Shown: positions 37,551 to 50,930 of the stretch, in pieces | How the letters are laid out: every line of letters starts with the position of its first letter | Position numbering within the stretch: the first letter of the stretch is position 1 | Source: Octopus sinensis | Taxonomy: Eukaryota | Length of the DNA: 64,000 nt | Assembly (NCBI RefSeq): GCF_006345805.1 | Contig: NC_043006.1 | Location: 75,330,001 to 75,394,000 of the forward strand | Direction: 5' to 3' | Translations under genes and position numbers: made by a program | The notes under the pieces: generated by a model | Databases searched by the model: none | Seen by the model: only the letters and a program-made list of their open reading frames with translations | Told to the model about the DNA's origin: nothing

Positions 37551-39190
37551 TTAATCTTTTTTTTAAACACCTCAATACTCTTCCTGGTCACCAATCATTT
37601 TAAGGCATTGACTCTGTGCATTTTAGTATGCCATGGGCACTAGAGAAGCTATCTGCAGTACGGCAATTGAATTTCCATCTACCTTATATTGCCGCTTCAA
37701 ACCACAGCCATGTAATTCTTGGATACATTTAATAAAGTCCAATATGGTTCCAGCTTTCAGGATATCAAGTCTCCATCCTTGATGATAACTTTCTCTCCAT
37801 GAGTCTTGTAGGTGCTGAAAAGAGTATTATAGGCTCCCTCTTTCCTTTTTTGATGAAGTCATCTTTTATCTTTTACTGGTTCCAGCCATCAGATTCTCTT
37901 AAAACCTTTATTTTCTTATTTATGCACCCTTTTCAAGCCTAGCCAGGCTCATGGGCTGGTTTTCCAGGTTTCTATGGCATATGTATTCCCATCAGCTGGA
38001 CGAGACGCCAGTCCATCACGGCGTTACTTAAGAAACAGGAAGAAAGAGTAAGAGAAAGTTGGGGCAAAAGAGTACAACAGGGGTCACCATCACCCCTTGC
38101 TGGAGCCTCATGGAGCTTTAGGTGTTTTCGCTTAATAAACACACACAACACCTGGTCTGGGAATCGAAACCTACCTCCTATAATTTGTCCCATCTAAATT
38201 TATTTGAGAAACAGATTTCTGTATAAAGCGTCTTTACGTTCTCATGTAGTTGAACTGATCAATGCCAGTGTTTATTCTTTTTAAGTCTGGTCCTTTTTCT
38301 ATCAGTATCTTTTGCTGAACTGCAAGGTTACATGGATGTAGACAAACCAACACTGGTTGTCAAGCGGTGTGGGGAGAGGTGGGCAATCACAGACACACAC
38401 ATACATATATGATGAATTTCCATGCAGTCTCACATGTGAAATTCTCTCACAAAACATTGGTTGGCTCCAGTGCTGTAGTAGAAGACACACACCCAAAGTG
38501 CTGTGCTGTGGGACTGAACCGGAAACCACGTGGTTGCACCGTGAGCTTCATAACCACACATATGTACTTGTACCATTAGAATATAAAAAAAGTAAAGAAA
38601 ACAACTACAACATAAATAAAATAAACAATCTCCACCCTTCCGTTTCACAAATAAGTGAGGGGTGGGAGTGGTTTGAAGAATTTATTGTTTTGTTCTGAGG
38701 AATCCATAGTAAGAAGAATGATTTCATGAAGAAAAAGATCAGAATTAAGTAGGAAAAAAATTGGCAGCAAAAGATGTTTCTAAGATCCATAATTAGCCTG
38801 ATCCATAATTACTAACTGCCTGGTAGCTCATTTACTTTTTTTTTTTTTTGTGTGCTTTTTTTTTTGTTTTTGCTTTTCTTTCCTGCTTTTTTTTCTTCCA
38901 CATTATATTTTTACATTTTGTCATTGACTTGAAAACTTTCTAATTAATTGGCTCCTTCAGAAGTGCACCAATTTTTCAGTGGTTCTTGGGACTAATCTTT
39001 TATCTTTAACTTGTTTCAATCATTACGCTGTGGCCATGCTGGGGCACTGCCTTGAAGAATTTTAGTTGAACTAATTGACCCAAGTACTAATGTTTTTGGT
39101 GAAGCCTAGCATTTATTCTATCACTCCCCTTTGCTGAACTGCTAAGTTATGGGGACATAACATAGACATGGCTGTCAAATTCAATGACAC

Positions 39191-39229
<39 letters not shown>

Positions 39230-39260
39230 CACACACACACACATACATATATATACATAC

Positions 39261-39375
<115 letters not shown>

Positions 39376-39586
39376 AGAATTCACAAAAAAACAAAAGACA
39401 AAGGCAGGTGGTGAGACAACAAATAGATGTATTAGTATAACACTCGGGAAATGAAAAGTCTTTAACGTTTTGAGCCTATGCTCTTCCACAGAAAGGAACA
39501 CAGACAGAAACAAGGAGAGAAAATAAACAATGTGTAGTGGGTAGCAATCTATCATGGCAAATGCCATATATATATATATATATCAA

Positions 39587-39753
39587 GTGTCTATCTGGTA
39601 GTTATAAGAGTTAAAACCGGTCCACATATATACCCATTCCATTAAATATATAGCATTATGTTATAATAGGATGTGGGGGATCGGTTCACTCACCAGTGTA
39701 ATTTTTAGTGGATCAAACGAAGGTTTTAACTCTTATTTCTAGCAGGTAGACAC
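39587..39753. repeat. Short element with about 30-bp imperfect terminal inverted repeats beside (TA)n
   Basis: gtgtctatctggtagttataagagttaaaacc ... ggttttaactcttatttctagcaggtagacac. Confidence 0.7.
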
Positions 39754-39873
39754 CTCAGTGTGTCCTTTGATTAATATAATTTTAATTCTACAGCTATATA
39801 CCTCTGATTTAGGCCTGCAACCACCTATATTAATATTGTTGTTATTTTTCGATACTGAATATTTTTGCTGCTG

Positions 39874-39904
<31 letters not shown>

Positions 39905-40629
39905 CATCATCATCGTTTAACGTCCGTTTTCCATGCTAGCATGGGTTGGACGGTTCGGCCGGGGTCTGGGAAGCCAGGAGGCTGTACCAGGCTCCAGTCT
40001 GATCTGGCAGTGTTTCTACAGCTGGATGCTCATCCTAACGCCAACCACTCCAAGAGTGTAGTGGGTGTTTTTTATGTGCCACTGACACAGGGGCCAGAGG
40101 AGGCTGGCAAATGGTCACGATTGGTTGGTTCTTTTATGTGACACTGACACGGACGCCAGTCAGGTGGCGCTGGCATCTGCCACGTTCGGATGGTGCTTTT
40201 TATGTGTCACCGGCACGGGTATCTTAATTACAATTTCCATTTGATTTTTATTTTGATGTTGGTATTGACGTACTTGACTCAATAGGTCTCCTCAAGCACA
40301 ACGGGTCACTCTACGATCCAAGTTTAGCACAGCAGGCCGTCCTGCGAGCCATGAACTCACTTCATTTGTCGGGTCTTCACAATCAGATATATAAATTTAA
40401 ATAATAAGAGTGAAAAATTGAATATTAATTTGATTTATATCAATTTAAAACCAGTGGCCTAGCATATTGAAAAATCTGAAGATTCAGAAAAATTATATTA
40501 CATATGTATAAGAAGGACATTTTGTCTTGCTCGCTTATGTTCTGGCGTTTGCTGAATTTTCTTGAGAACAATCTTTTCTTAGTGGTCTAGCATAATGGAT
40601 GTCCACTTAGTGGTCATCCCTCTTATGCA

Positions 40630-40692
<63 letters not shown>

Positions 40693-43099
40693 AGCTGCTT
40701 TCAGTTTCTGTCTGCTAAGTTTACTCACAATGCTTTGGTCGGCCCGAGACGATAGTAGAAGTCACTTGCCCAAGGTGCCATGCAGTGGAACCGAACCCGG
40801 AACAATGTGGCTGTGAAGCAAACTTCTTTACTACACAGCCACACCTGCAACCTATCATATGTGCGTACCTTTTCAGTAGTTGTTGTCATTTAGAAGTAGT
40901 GTCATCTCCTTTAACTATACATTGTTTGTTACTTTCTTTCTTTTTGTTTCTCATTTCATTTGTGTTCTGTTTCTATTACTCTCCCCCTCTCTCTTTTCAT
41001 TTATGAATCAATTACTGTCGGACACATGAATGTCATGCGAAGACTTTTGTCCAAATTTCTTCACTAATTATAGGTTCCACTCTACACTAGTGACATATAT
41101 TACTTTTCTAATAAGCTGGATTTTTTCTTGTTGAGCAGAAAATTTCCGTTTGCCTTTTCTTTTTGCTCTTTTGCTAAATATAATGTACTGTTGTTATTGA
41201 TGTTGTTGTTCTTGTTATATAAAAAAAAAATGTTGGTATTATCTGAGTTTTAGCTTTAGGTTTTCATCTGCTCACATGGTTCCTGTTTTGTTTTACTGTC
41301 TCTTCTTAATTACACATAAAAAAAAAGAGACCCATTTGCTTTTTAAACAAAGCTTCTGTCACTGCTCTTCTTGATGGCTGCTTTCAAATGTTTCTCTTTT
41401 TTTTTCCTTGTGGATAATGATAGTCTGTTATTGTTAAGCAAAACACATTATTGGTATAAGAAAACAAAAATAACAACCCAAAAAAAACAACCGAATAATT
41501 AAAAAATGGCCCTCTATCAAATTCTTGAAGCTTCCCAACACTTCTCTTTCCCTCTCAGTCAACAACTATTCATAACAACTTCCGTCTTTTTTCTCTTGTT
41601 TTTTCCTTTTGTTTTTTTGTTTTTTGGTATTTTCATCTCTCATTGACTATTCTTTATCTTTTTACTTGTTTTAGCCATTAGACTGCAGTTGTTTGGGGCA
41701 CCAAAGAATTTTTTATTTAATGAATCAACACCAGTACTTGATTCTGTTTTAAGCCTGGTTCCTATTCTACCAGTCCCTTTTGCTGAACCACTAAGTTATG
41801 TTGATCTAAATACACCAAACACTGCTTGTGAAAGAGCGGTGGTTGCCAAGCAGTGGTGGGTGACAAAGACACACACACACACACACATATCCATCAGGCT
41901 TCTTACAGTTTCCACCTACCAAATTCACTCACAAGGCTTTGGTCAGTTCAAGGCTGTAGTAGAAAACATTTGCCCAAGGTGCCACACAGTGGGACTGAAC
42001 CTGGAACCATGTTGTTGAGAAGCAAGCTTCTTACCGCGTCTTAGATTGTTAACCAATTTTATACCGACATACCTGAGACCGCACCTTGTTCTAGGATACA
42101 AACCTGGTTTAAGGTGATCTAAATTAAAACCCCCTCTCAAACTTTGTTGCCAGTCATGTTGTTTGATTTTCTGAGTTGAATCCTGTATATTGTGTTCTCT
42201 TGTCTGAGGATCTGGCTGGGGTGAGGGCTCGTGTTGGTTGACCTCATGCCATGTGGTCACAGTGGATGAGGAAGCATCTCAGAGAAGTGGGGACTGACTG
42301 AAACACTGTTGGCAGGGTTGTTTAGGGTGACCTGAGAATATACTGATAAATGGTGGGTGCAGTGACATGCAATGGTGCATGCCCCTTTACCTTATTTGAC
42401 CTGACCTGACCTAACCTATCAAAAGCTCATGTTAAATTTTATGATATAAACAAAGCGGAAAGTTGGCAGAATTGTTAGCATGCCTGGCAAAATGCTTAGT
42501 GGCATTTTCCGTGTCTGCTGTTTTGAGTTCAAATTCTGAGTTCAAATTCAGATTTGATAAAATAAGTACTAGTTGAACACTGGGATTGATATTATCAATT
42601 TATCCACCAAAATTGCTGGCCCTGTGCCATAATTTGAAACCAATTTTTGATCCAAATACCAACTTCATAATGACAAAATTATTTTACTAAATTCTTTATT
42701 AATTTCAAAATTAATCGGAAGAAAAATGTGTTTCAACAGAAAAATACTGATAATAGGGCTAAAGAAATTAAATACTGTCCATGAATGACATTAATATTTA
42801 TGTGTTTTAAGGCGGTGAGCTGGCAGAAACATTAGCACACCAGGTGAAATGCTTAGTGGTATTTTGTCTGTCTTTAGGTTCTTAGTTCAAATTCCGCCGA
42901 GGTCGGCTTTGCCTTTCATCCTTTCAGGGTCGATAAATTAAGTATGAAAGGCGAATGTTAACATCTGCACTGGTAGGGAGAATACGGGAGAGCTTAGGTG
43001 GCAGAAATTGACAGATAACTCAATAGGCATTGATGAAAGTCTAAGATCATCTACACCAGTATTTTCACCAAAGAGTATGGTCATAATGTTCTCTTTGAG

Positions 43100-43335
43100 T
43101 TCAGGTGATTTATTGAGAGACTGACTTCAAACAAAGATGGCTAAAGTTTGTAGGCCACTGTTTTTATCAAACAGAGCAACCTGTCACTGGGTATTTTCTG
43201 CTATAACTGCATGGGGATGTTCAAGCCTGATGATCAGGCTCGCGTGATGTATGCCTTTGAACTTATGTGAGACACAAGACTATGCACTGTCTCGGAGTTG
43301 GCATGTGCAATGTCATCTTGCACAGCTTGGAGGCA
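43100..43335 (+). pseudogene. RTE-like LINE ORF C-terminal relic
   Basis: KQRWLKFVGHCFYQTEQPV ... MYAFELM*DTRLCTVSELACAMSSCTAWR, a degenerate version of the same motif. Confidence 0.6.
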
Positions 43336-44189
43336 AACTTTCTCTTAAATTGGAATCAATGTCTATGAGTAAGGTGGCATAGACTAAAGAAAGAACAAGG
43401 AAAGAATTTACTCCTTTATGTAGTGGTGGCATTGTTTAATTGTTGGGATGTTAGTTTACAATGCTGACCTCATCTCTACCCACAGGGTCATGACCTGTGA
43501 GGTGGGTCAGTTGGATTTGCCTGGTACATTGGTCCATGGCCCATGAGCCAGGGAGAGAGCCTGTGGTTATTTGTTGTGGCCCTTCTCTTAGAAAAAAAAA
43601 ATCTTTGAATTTTGAGAAGACTCTCTCATCCTGGGGTCTGGAAGTAGTTAAGTTCCACTTTGCCAAATTTCTCTCAGTTATTTCAGTGTATCTTACTTCA
43701 GGACATTGTCCGAAAGACAAAAGTATCTTCAATCACCCATAGAATTATAAGACTTTATTTATCTGTTATTTTATATCAAAAGTACAATTGAGAGAAGTAG
43801 ATAGATAGATAGATAGATAGATAAAGAGTAAAGAGAGTAAAGAGAGGGGGAGAGCTAAGTAAAGATTGAGATCATTCCCAGATGTCTGAAAGAGAAAAAG
43901 TATAAATTGTCATTTATTCAGATCTAATGACATGTGACTTAGACAGGGAATAGTCTTTTGTCTTTTGATCTGAGTTTGTATTATTGTTCTGATGTCATTA
44001 GGTCCAAACTTGTCAGCAAACCAATCACTTTATTTGATACCATTTAACCACAATTGCTTCTTGTGTTGATAATTCAGAGAAGCTTTCTTGAAATACTAAT
44101 TATACCTATACCTACATAAAAGGCTTATTTTTGTTTTTGAAAAGTATTCTAGGATAGTTTTGGAAGAATATGTATTCTGTGGTCGTTAA

Positions 44190-45015
44190 GAATAATAATA
44201 ATGGTTTCAAATGTTGGCACAAAACTAGAGAAAGAAAGGGGAAGTTGATTACATTGACACCCCCACCTCCCGGTGCACAACTAGTAGTTACTTATCGACC
44301 ATATAATAATGTAAGGTAAAGTTGACCCTTGGTGGAATTTAATGTTAATAATTCTCTCTATTATAGGCACAAGGCCTGACATTTTGAGGGAGGGTGTTAG
44401 TCAATTACATTCACCCCAGTACTCAACTGGTACTCATTTCATTGATTCAAAAGGATGAACGGCAAAGTTGACCTCGGAACTTGAACTCAAAATGTAAAAC
44501 CAGAAGAATTGTTACTAAGCATTTTGTCCAACATTCTAACGATTCTGCCTGGTCACACTACCTTAACAATAATAATAATATTAATAATAATAATAATAAT
44601 AATGGTTTCAAATTTTGGCACAATGCCTGTGATTTTTAGCAGTAGAGCTAAGTCGATTACATTGAGTCCAGTGCTTAACTTGTAGTTATTTTATTGACCC
44701 TGAAAGGATGAAAGGCTATGTTGAGCTTGCCAGAATCTGAACTCGGAGCATTTTGCCCAGTATATTTATGATTCTGCCAGCTCACCACTTTAATAATAAT
44801 AATAATATAATAATAATAATAATAATAATGGTTTCAAATTTTGGCACAATGCCTGTGATTTTTAGCAGTAGAGCTAAGTCGATTACATTGAGTCCAGTGC
44901 TTAACTTGTAGTTATTTTATTGACCCTGAAAGGATGAAAGGCTATGTTGAGCTTGCCAGAATCTGAACTCGGAGCATTTTGCCCAGTATATTTATGATTC
45001 TGCCAGCTCACCACT

Positions 45016-45017
<2 letters not shown>
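44190..45017 (-). mobile_element. Head-to-tail cluster of four SINE family A copies; the last two are an apparently exact tandem duplication
   Basis: 44600-44790 and 44829-45017 read identically by eye and are flanked by (AAT)n. Confidence 0.85.
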
Positions 45018-45054
<37 letters not shown>

Positions 45055-45055
<1 letters not shown>

Positions 45056-45421
45056 CAAGTGCATTGAGAGAGCGCAAAACCTCTACCAAGGCAACACCAA
45101 TGTCCTCCCAACAATTAGCCACAGATGATTTTTAAAATGAGAATATCTGGAATAACTCGACTGCTCTCACAAACGAGAATGCTAAAAATGAACCCGACCG
45201 CTCTCAAAAATTAAGTAAAAAAAAAAGAAAAATAATCCAGAATCCTTGTCCGGTACCGGATTGATCCCACAAAATCTAATCGGTTCATGCCAGTCACGAA
45301 GCCAAGCATCCCTGAAAGTTTCATCCGAATCAGCCAGCAGTTCTTGAAATATCTTGTCCATGGACAAACAAACAAGCACGACTGAAAACAATACCCCAAC
45401 CTTCACTAAGGCGAAGGCAAT
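45055..45421 (-). mobile_element. Second copy of the Helentron-associated element
   Basis: Reverse-complement match to 37184-37550 along the whole length. Confidence 0.75.
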
Positions 45422-46718
45422 AATAATAATAATAATAATGATAATAGTGGATGCTACACACAACTCAAACTCACTTATAATAGAGATGTCTCCCATAACT
45501 TAGCTATTCCGCAGAAGAGATGGGCTGCCCCAGCATGGCTGTAGTCTAATGACTGAAACAAAAATAAAAGAAAGGTAAAAGATACCCTCTTTTTTTATAT
45601 AATCATCATCATCATTGTCGTTGTTTAACATCTGTTTTCCATGCTAGCATGGGTTGGCCGGTTTGACTGGGGTCTGGGAAGCCAGGAGGCTGCACCAGGC
45701 TCCAGTGTGATCTGGCAGTGTTTCTACAGCTGGATGCCCTTCCTAATGCCAACCACTCTGTGAGTGTAGTGGATGCTTTTTACGTGCCAGGGGAGGCTGG
45801 CAACAGCTACGCTCGGTCGGTGCTTTTTACTTGCCACTGGCACGGACAAAATGCCATAACACTATTAGTGCCATATTCGGTTTGCTTTAGGTTGTAAAAG
45901 ATTGAAATTATTGGTGTAAGAGCTTCCTCATTGGCTTATTCTCATTCTTCAAGAGGAATTTTACCTGAAATCTACTGAAGCACTCATCAGTTTTACAAGG
46001 CAGCCACTGCTTACTGAAGTAACCTGTAACCTTCGAATTTGTGTTGATTTACTTCCTTAGGTGGGCTGAAGTATTTTAACATTCAAGTCTTTTCTTTGCC
46101 GCAATCAGATTACAGCATGGTGACATGATATAAATTGCCAAACTGTTGGCCAGGTGTTGTGTTTGTTATTGATTGGTTTGTATCTGGAGAAAGTGATATA
46201 TTGTCCACGTCTGTGCTGTGAGAGTGTCTACGAATTTCAAAGATGAGAGATGCTGTTTTTATATATATATTCTTTTACTCTTTTACTTGTTTCAGTCATG
46301 TGACTATGGCCATGCTGGAAAACTGCCTTTAGTTGAGTAAATCGACCCCAGGACTTATTCTTTATTCTATCAGTCTCTTTTGCCGAACTGCTAAATTACG
46401 GAGATGTAAACACACTAGCATTGGTTTTCAAGCGATGTTGGGGGGACTAGCACAGACACACATACACATACATATATACGATGGGCTTCTGTCAGTTTCC
46501 GTCTACCAAATCCACTCACAAGGCTTTGGTCAGCCTGAGGATAAATTAGAAGACACTTGCCCAAGGTGCCTTGCAATGGGACTGAACCCGGAACCAAGTG
46601 TTCATAAGCAAGCTACTTACAACACAGCCACTCCTACGCCTATACTTACCACACAGCCGCCCCTACGCCTATACTTACCACACAGCCGCCCCTACGCCTA
46701 TATATATATATACATGTA

Positions 46719-46948
46719 GGTGGCGAGCTGGCAGAAACGTTAGCGCACTGGACGAAATACTTAGCGGTATTTCGTCTGTCGTTACGTTCTGAGTTCAAAT
46801 TCCGCCGGGGTCGACTTTGCCTTTCATCCTCTTGGGGTCGATAAATAAAGTACCAGTTTCGCACTGGGTCGATATAATCGACTTAATCCCTTTGTCTGTC
46901 CTTGTTTGCCCCCTCTATGTTTAGCCCCTTGTGGGCAATAAAGAAATA
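46719..46948 (+). mobile_element. SINE family A, well-preserved copy
   Basis: Full head, core and tail, close to the reverse complement of 380-610. Confidence 0.9.
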
Positions 46949-46951
46949 TAT

Positions 46952-47011
<60 letters not shown>

Positions 47012-47575
47012 GGTATCTATGGACCCATACTAATACTCACACACGCATACACATACACACTGTCGCAGACAGACTACTACTACTTTGAGAGAATGATGTT
47101 TCCAAACCAGCTGCTGTCGTAACCAGTCCATTTCTGTCTTTTAAAAGTTGTCCAACTTTCTTTAATTGCTTTCTTAAAAAAGAGAGAACAAGTCGTTTCC
47201 TTTTTGGTTTTTAAAGATAATTTATATCTTTGGGATGGAAACTTTTCTAACATTTTTTTTTTTCCCCCCTCTTGTTTCTTCTCCTTTTCCTTCCAGTTTT
47301 AACATGCAGTTATATGTGCTCTGCATACAACATAGAATTCAATAATAAATTCAAAGAAGCTGCTCAAATTCACAATGTCTGAATGCAAATAGAATGATAT
47401 ATGATTGTGAAATGAAAAGCACGTGCACTTTCCCATGATGTTTGTATCATTTCCTGTCACTGTCCAAACCGAAAGTCATGTAACTTCCAATTTGTCTTGC
47501 TTGCTATGTTCTGAGATCAAACCTGCTGAGGTCAACTTTGGTATCATCCTTCTGGGGGTTAACAGAACAAAAAGT

Positions 47576-47955
47576 GGAGGCACAATGGCCCAGTGGTTAG
47601 GGCAGCAGACTCGCGGTCGTAGGATCGCGGTTTCGATTCCCAGACCGGGCATTGTGAGTGTTTATTGAGTGAAAACACCTAAAGCTTCACAAGGCTCCTG
47701 CAGGGGGTGGTGGTGAACCCTGCTGTACTCTTTCACCACAACTTTCTCTCACTCTTTCTTACTGTTTCTCTTTTACCTGTATTTCAAAGGGCCAGCCTTG
47801 TCACACTCTGTATCATGCTGAATCTCCTCGAGAACTACGTTAAGGGTACACGTGTCTGTGGAATGCTCAGCCACTTGCACGTTAATTCCACAAGCAAGCT
47901 GTTCCGTTGATCGTATCAGCTGGGACCCTCATCATCGTAACCGACGGAGTGCTCC
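47576..47955 (+). mobile_element. SINE family D, alternative tail
   Basis: Same head as 55979; the tail also matches the fragment at 12790-12930. Confidence 0.8.
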
Positions 47956-48129
47956 TATTAACAGAACAAAATACCTGTCCAGTAAAGGGAGTTGGTGGTA
48001 GCAACTAAATACCTCCCTTCAGAATTGTTGGCCTGACACTTAAATTAGAAACGGGACTAAAGGATTTTCAGGGTTGTGGAGAGGCAGAGTTGCTAGCAGA
48101 CTAAACAAAATGCTCCACGGTGTGTCGTT

Positions 48130-48522
48130 TAACTCTTCATTGTTCTGAGTTCAAATCCTGCTGAGGTCAGATTTGCAGTTCATGGTTTTGGACATCTACA
48201 AAATAAAGTACCAGTTAAGTAGTGAGATCAGTGTTATTAAACCCTCCCCTAAAAATAGTTGGCCTTGTGCCTAAATTGGAAATCAACATCATCATCATAA
48301 TTATTATTAAGAAGGCGGTGAGCTGGCAGAATCATTAGCACACCGGGTGAAATGCTTATTGGCATTTCGTCTGCTGTTACATTCTGAGTTCAAATTCTGC
48401 TGAGGTCGACTTTGCCTTTCATCCTTTTGTGGTTGATAAATTAAGTACCAGTTGTGTACTGGGGTCGATCAAATCGGCTGTCCCCCCACCAAATTTCAGG
48501 CCTTGTGTCTATGGTAGAAAGG

Positions 48523-48563
<41 letters not shown>

Positions 48564-48995
48564 GGCAGTGAGCTGCTACAATCATTAGCATGCTGTGAAC
48601 AATGCTTAGTGGTATTTTGTCTGCCGCTACATTCTGAGTTCAAATTCCGCTGAGGTCAACTTTACCTTTCATCCTTTTCAGGGTCGATAAATTAAGTACT
48701 AGCTGAGTACTAGGGTCGATGTTATTGACTATCCCCTCCTCCAAATTTCAGGCCTTGTGCTTGTAGTAGAAAGGATTATTACTAAGGTTACAAGCTGGCA
48801 GAATTGTTAGCATGCCAGACAAAATGCTTAGCGGCATTTCGTCTGTCTTTATGTTCTAAGTTCAAATTCTGCTGATGTTGGCTTTGCCTTTCGTCCTTTC
48901 AGGGTCAATAAATTAAGTGTCAGTGAAACTCTGGGGTCAATGTGATTGACTATCCCCCTCCCCACAAATTCCAGACCTTGTGCCTGTAGTAGAAA
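48130..48995 (+). mobile_element. Head-to-tail cluster of about five diverged SINE family A copies separated by (ATT)n
   Basis: Repeated ggc(g/a)gtgagctggcagaat...gttcaaattc...aggccttgtg...agaaaggattatt units. Confidence 0.85.
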
Positions 48996-48997
48996 GG

Positions 48998-49076
<79 letters not shown>

Positions 49077-49676
49077 CATCATCATCAATAATATTAATAC
49101 ACTAACTTTTTGTTTTTGTATGTACTTATTGTGTGCGTCACACTTCAAAGAAGTGGCAAAGCGAGAGAGAGGAGATTAGAGAAGTAAGAGAGAAAGAGAG
49201 CGTGGCAGAGAGTGAGAAAGTGAGAGAGAAAAGAGAGAGAGTGAGTGGTGACAGTGTTCGTTTTGTGTTTTTAAATGTTTATCACATCGCAAGAGAAGTA
49301 GATACATAAATCCAAAGAAAAGTTCATACATAGATATATAGACACAGCAAATATTGGCTGTCCATTTCAATTTCCATTACCACACGAGGATATAATTAAC
49401 TCACAAATGGCTGAGTACTCCACAGACATGCATAACATTAACATAGTTCTCAGGGAGATTCAGCTTCACACAGAATATGACAAGGCTGGCCCCTTTGAAT
49501 TACAGCTACAACTCGAGACATATATATATGAATCTATTTGTGTGTGTATAGTATAGGTTAGTTAAAACATGTTTGCAGCAATAAGTGTCATGTGGTGGAA
49601 ATAAACACAATTACCAAACTTTCATTCATAAATCCATTTATTACTTCATTCTTTTCTGTTTCAAGTTGTACATTTA

Positions 49677-49942
49677 TACCCAGAAATTTTCAACAACTGC
49701 ACGCCAGAAGAAATGGAAAAACAAGTAATTTTATTTCCTAGAAATTCAGTTTTGCAATAAATGAAAAAGTTCTTAGTATTATACCAGAGGCACTTAAAAC
49801 GTACTTAAGCACAGATTCAGTGTCCTGCAATAATGAAGAGGAGGTTCAGAACTATCCATTCGAATTCATAAACTCACTCGCTCCACCTGGTATGCCTCCT
49901 CATCGCCTCAACTTAAAAGTAGGAGCTATTGTAATGCTGCTA
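49677..49942 (+). pseudogene. Helitron PIF1-like helicase fragment
   Basis: YPEIFNNCTPEEMEKQVILFPRN / frameshift / AINEKVLSIIPEALKTYLSTDSV...NYPFEFINSLAPPGMPPHRLNLKVGAIVMLL, the typical Helitron EFLNSL.P.G.PPH.L.LKVG.P.MLL motif. Not in the ORF track. Confidence 0.85.
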
Positions 49943-50065
49943 ATTTAGGGAGAAGGGGTTAGTTGATTACATTGACCCCAGTGCTCGACTGGTACTTATT
50001 TTATTGACCCTGAAGTGATGAAAGACAAATATGACCTCCACAGAATTTGAACTCAGAACATAAAG

Positions 50066-50930
50066 TGAGACAAAATACAGCTAAGTATTTTGCCTAGCAC
50101 GCTTACCATTCTGCCAGTAATAATTATAAAAATAATCATAATAATAATAATAATAATGATGATGATGAGAAAAGTGAGACAAAATACAGCTAAGTATTTT
50201 GCCTAGCACGCTTACCATTCTGCCAGTAATAATTATAAAAATAATCATAATAATAATAATAATAATGATGAGATGAGAAAAGAGAGACAAAATACAGCTA
50301 AGTATTTTGCCTAGCACGCTTACCATTCGCCAGTAATAATATAAAAATAATCATAATAATAATAATAATAATGATGATGATGAGAGAAAAGAGAGACAAA
50401 ATACAGCTAAGTATTTTGCCTAGCACGCTTACCATTCTGCCAGTAATAATTATAAAAATAATCATAATAATAATAATAATAATGATGATGATGAGAAAAG
50501 TGAGACAAAATACAGCTAAGTATTTTGCCTAGCACGCTTACCATTCTGCCAGTAATAATTATAAAAATAATCATAATAATAATAATAATAATGATGATGA
50601 TGAGAAAAGAGAGACAAAATACAGCTAAGTATTTTGCCTAGCACGCTTACCATTCTGCCAGTAATAATTATAAAAATAATCATAATAATAATAATGATGA
50701 TGATGAGAAAAGAGAGACAAAATACAGCTAAGTATTTTGCCTAGCACGCTTACCATTCTGCCAGTAATAATTATAAAAATAATCATAATAATAATAATAA
50801 TAATGATGATGATGAGAAAAGTGAGACAAAATACAGCTAAGTATTTTGCCTAGCACGCTTACCATTCTGCCAGTAATAATTATAAAAATAATCATAATAA
50901 TAATAATAATAATAATGATGATGATGAGAA
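50066..50930. repeat. Tandem array, 8 copies of an about 108-110 bp unit (SINE A head fragment plus AAT/GAT microsatellite)
   Basis: gagacaaaatacagctaagtattttgcctagcacgcttaccattctgccag... starts at about 50067, 50176, 50284, 50393, 50502, 50611, 50714, 50823. Confidence 0.95.

Noticed and set aside
41943-42260. Minus-strand ORF with a KIKQH...GGFNL stretch as a Penelope endonuclease end
   Set aside because: Similarity too weak, and half of the ORF lies in a SINE B.
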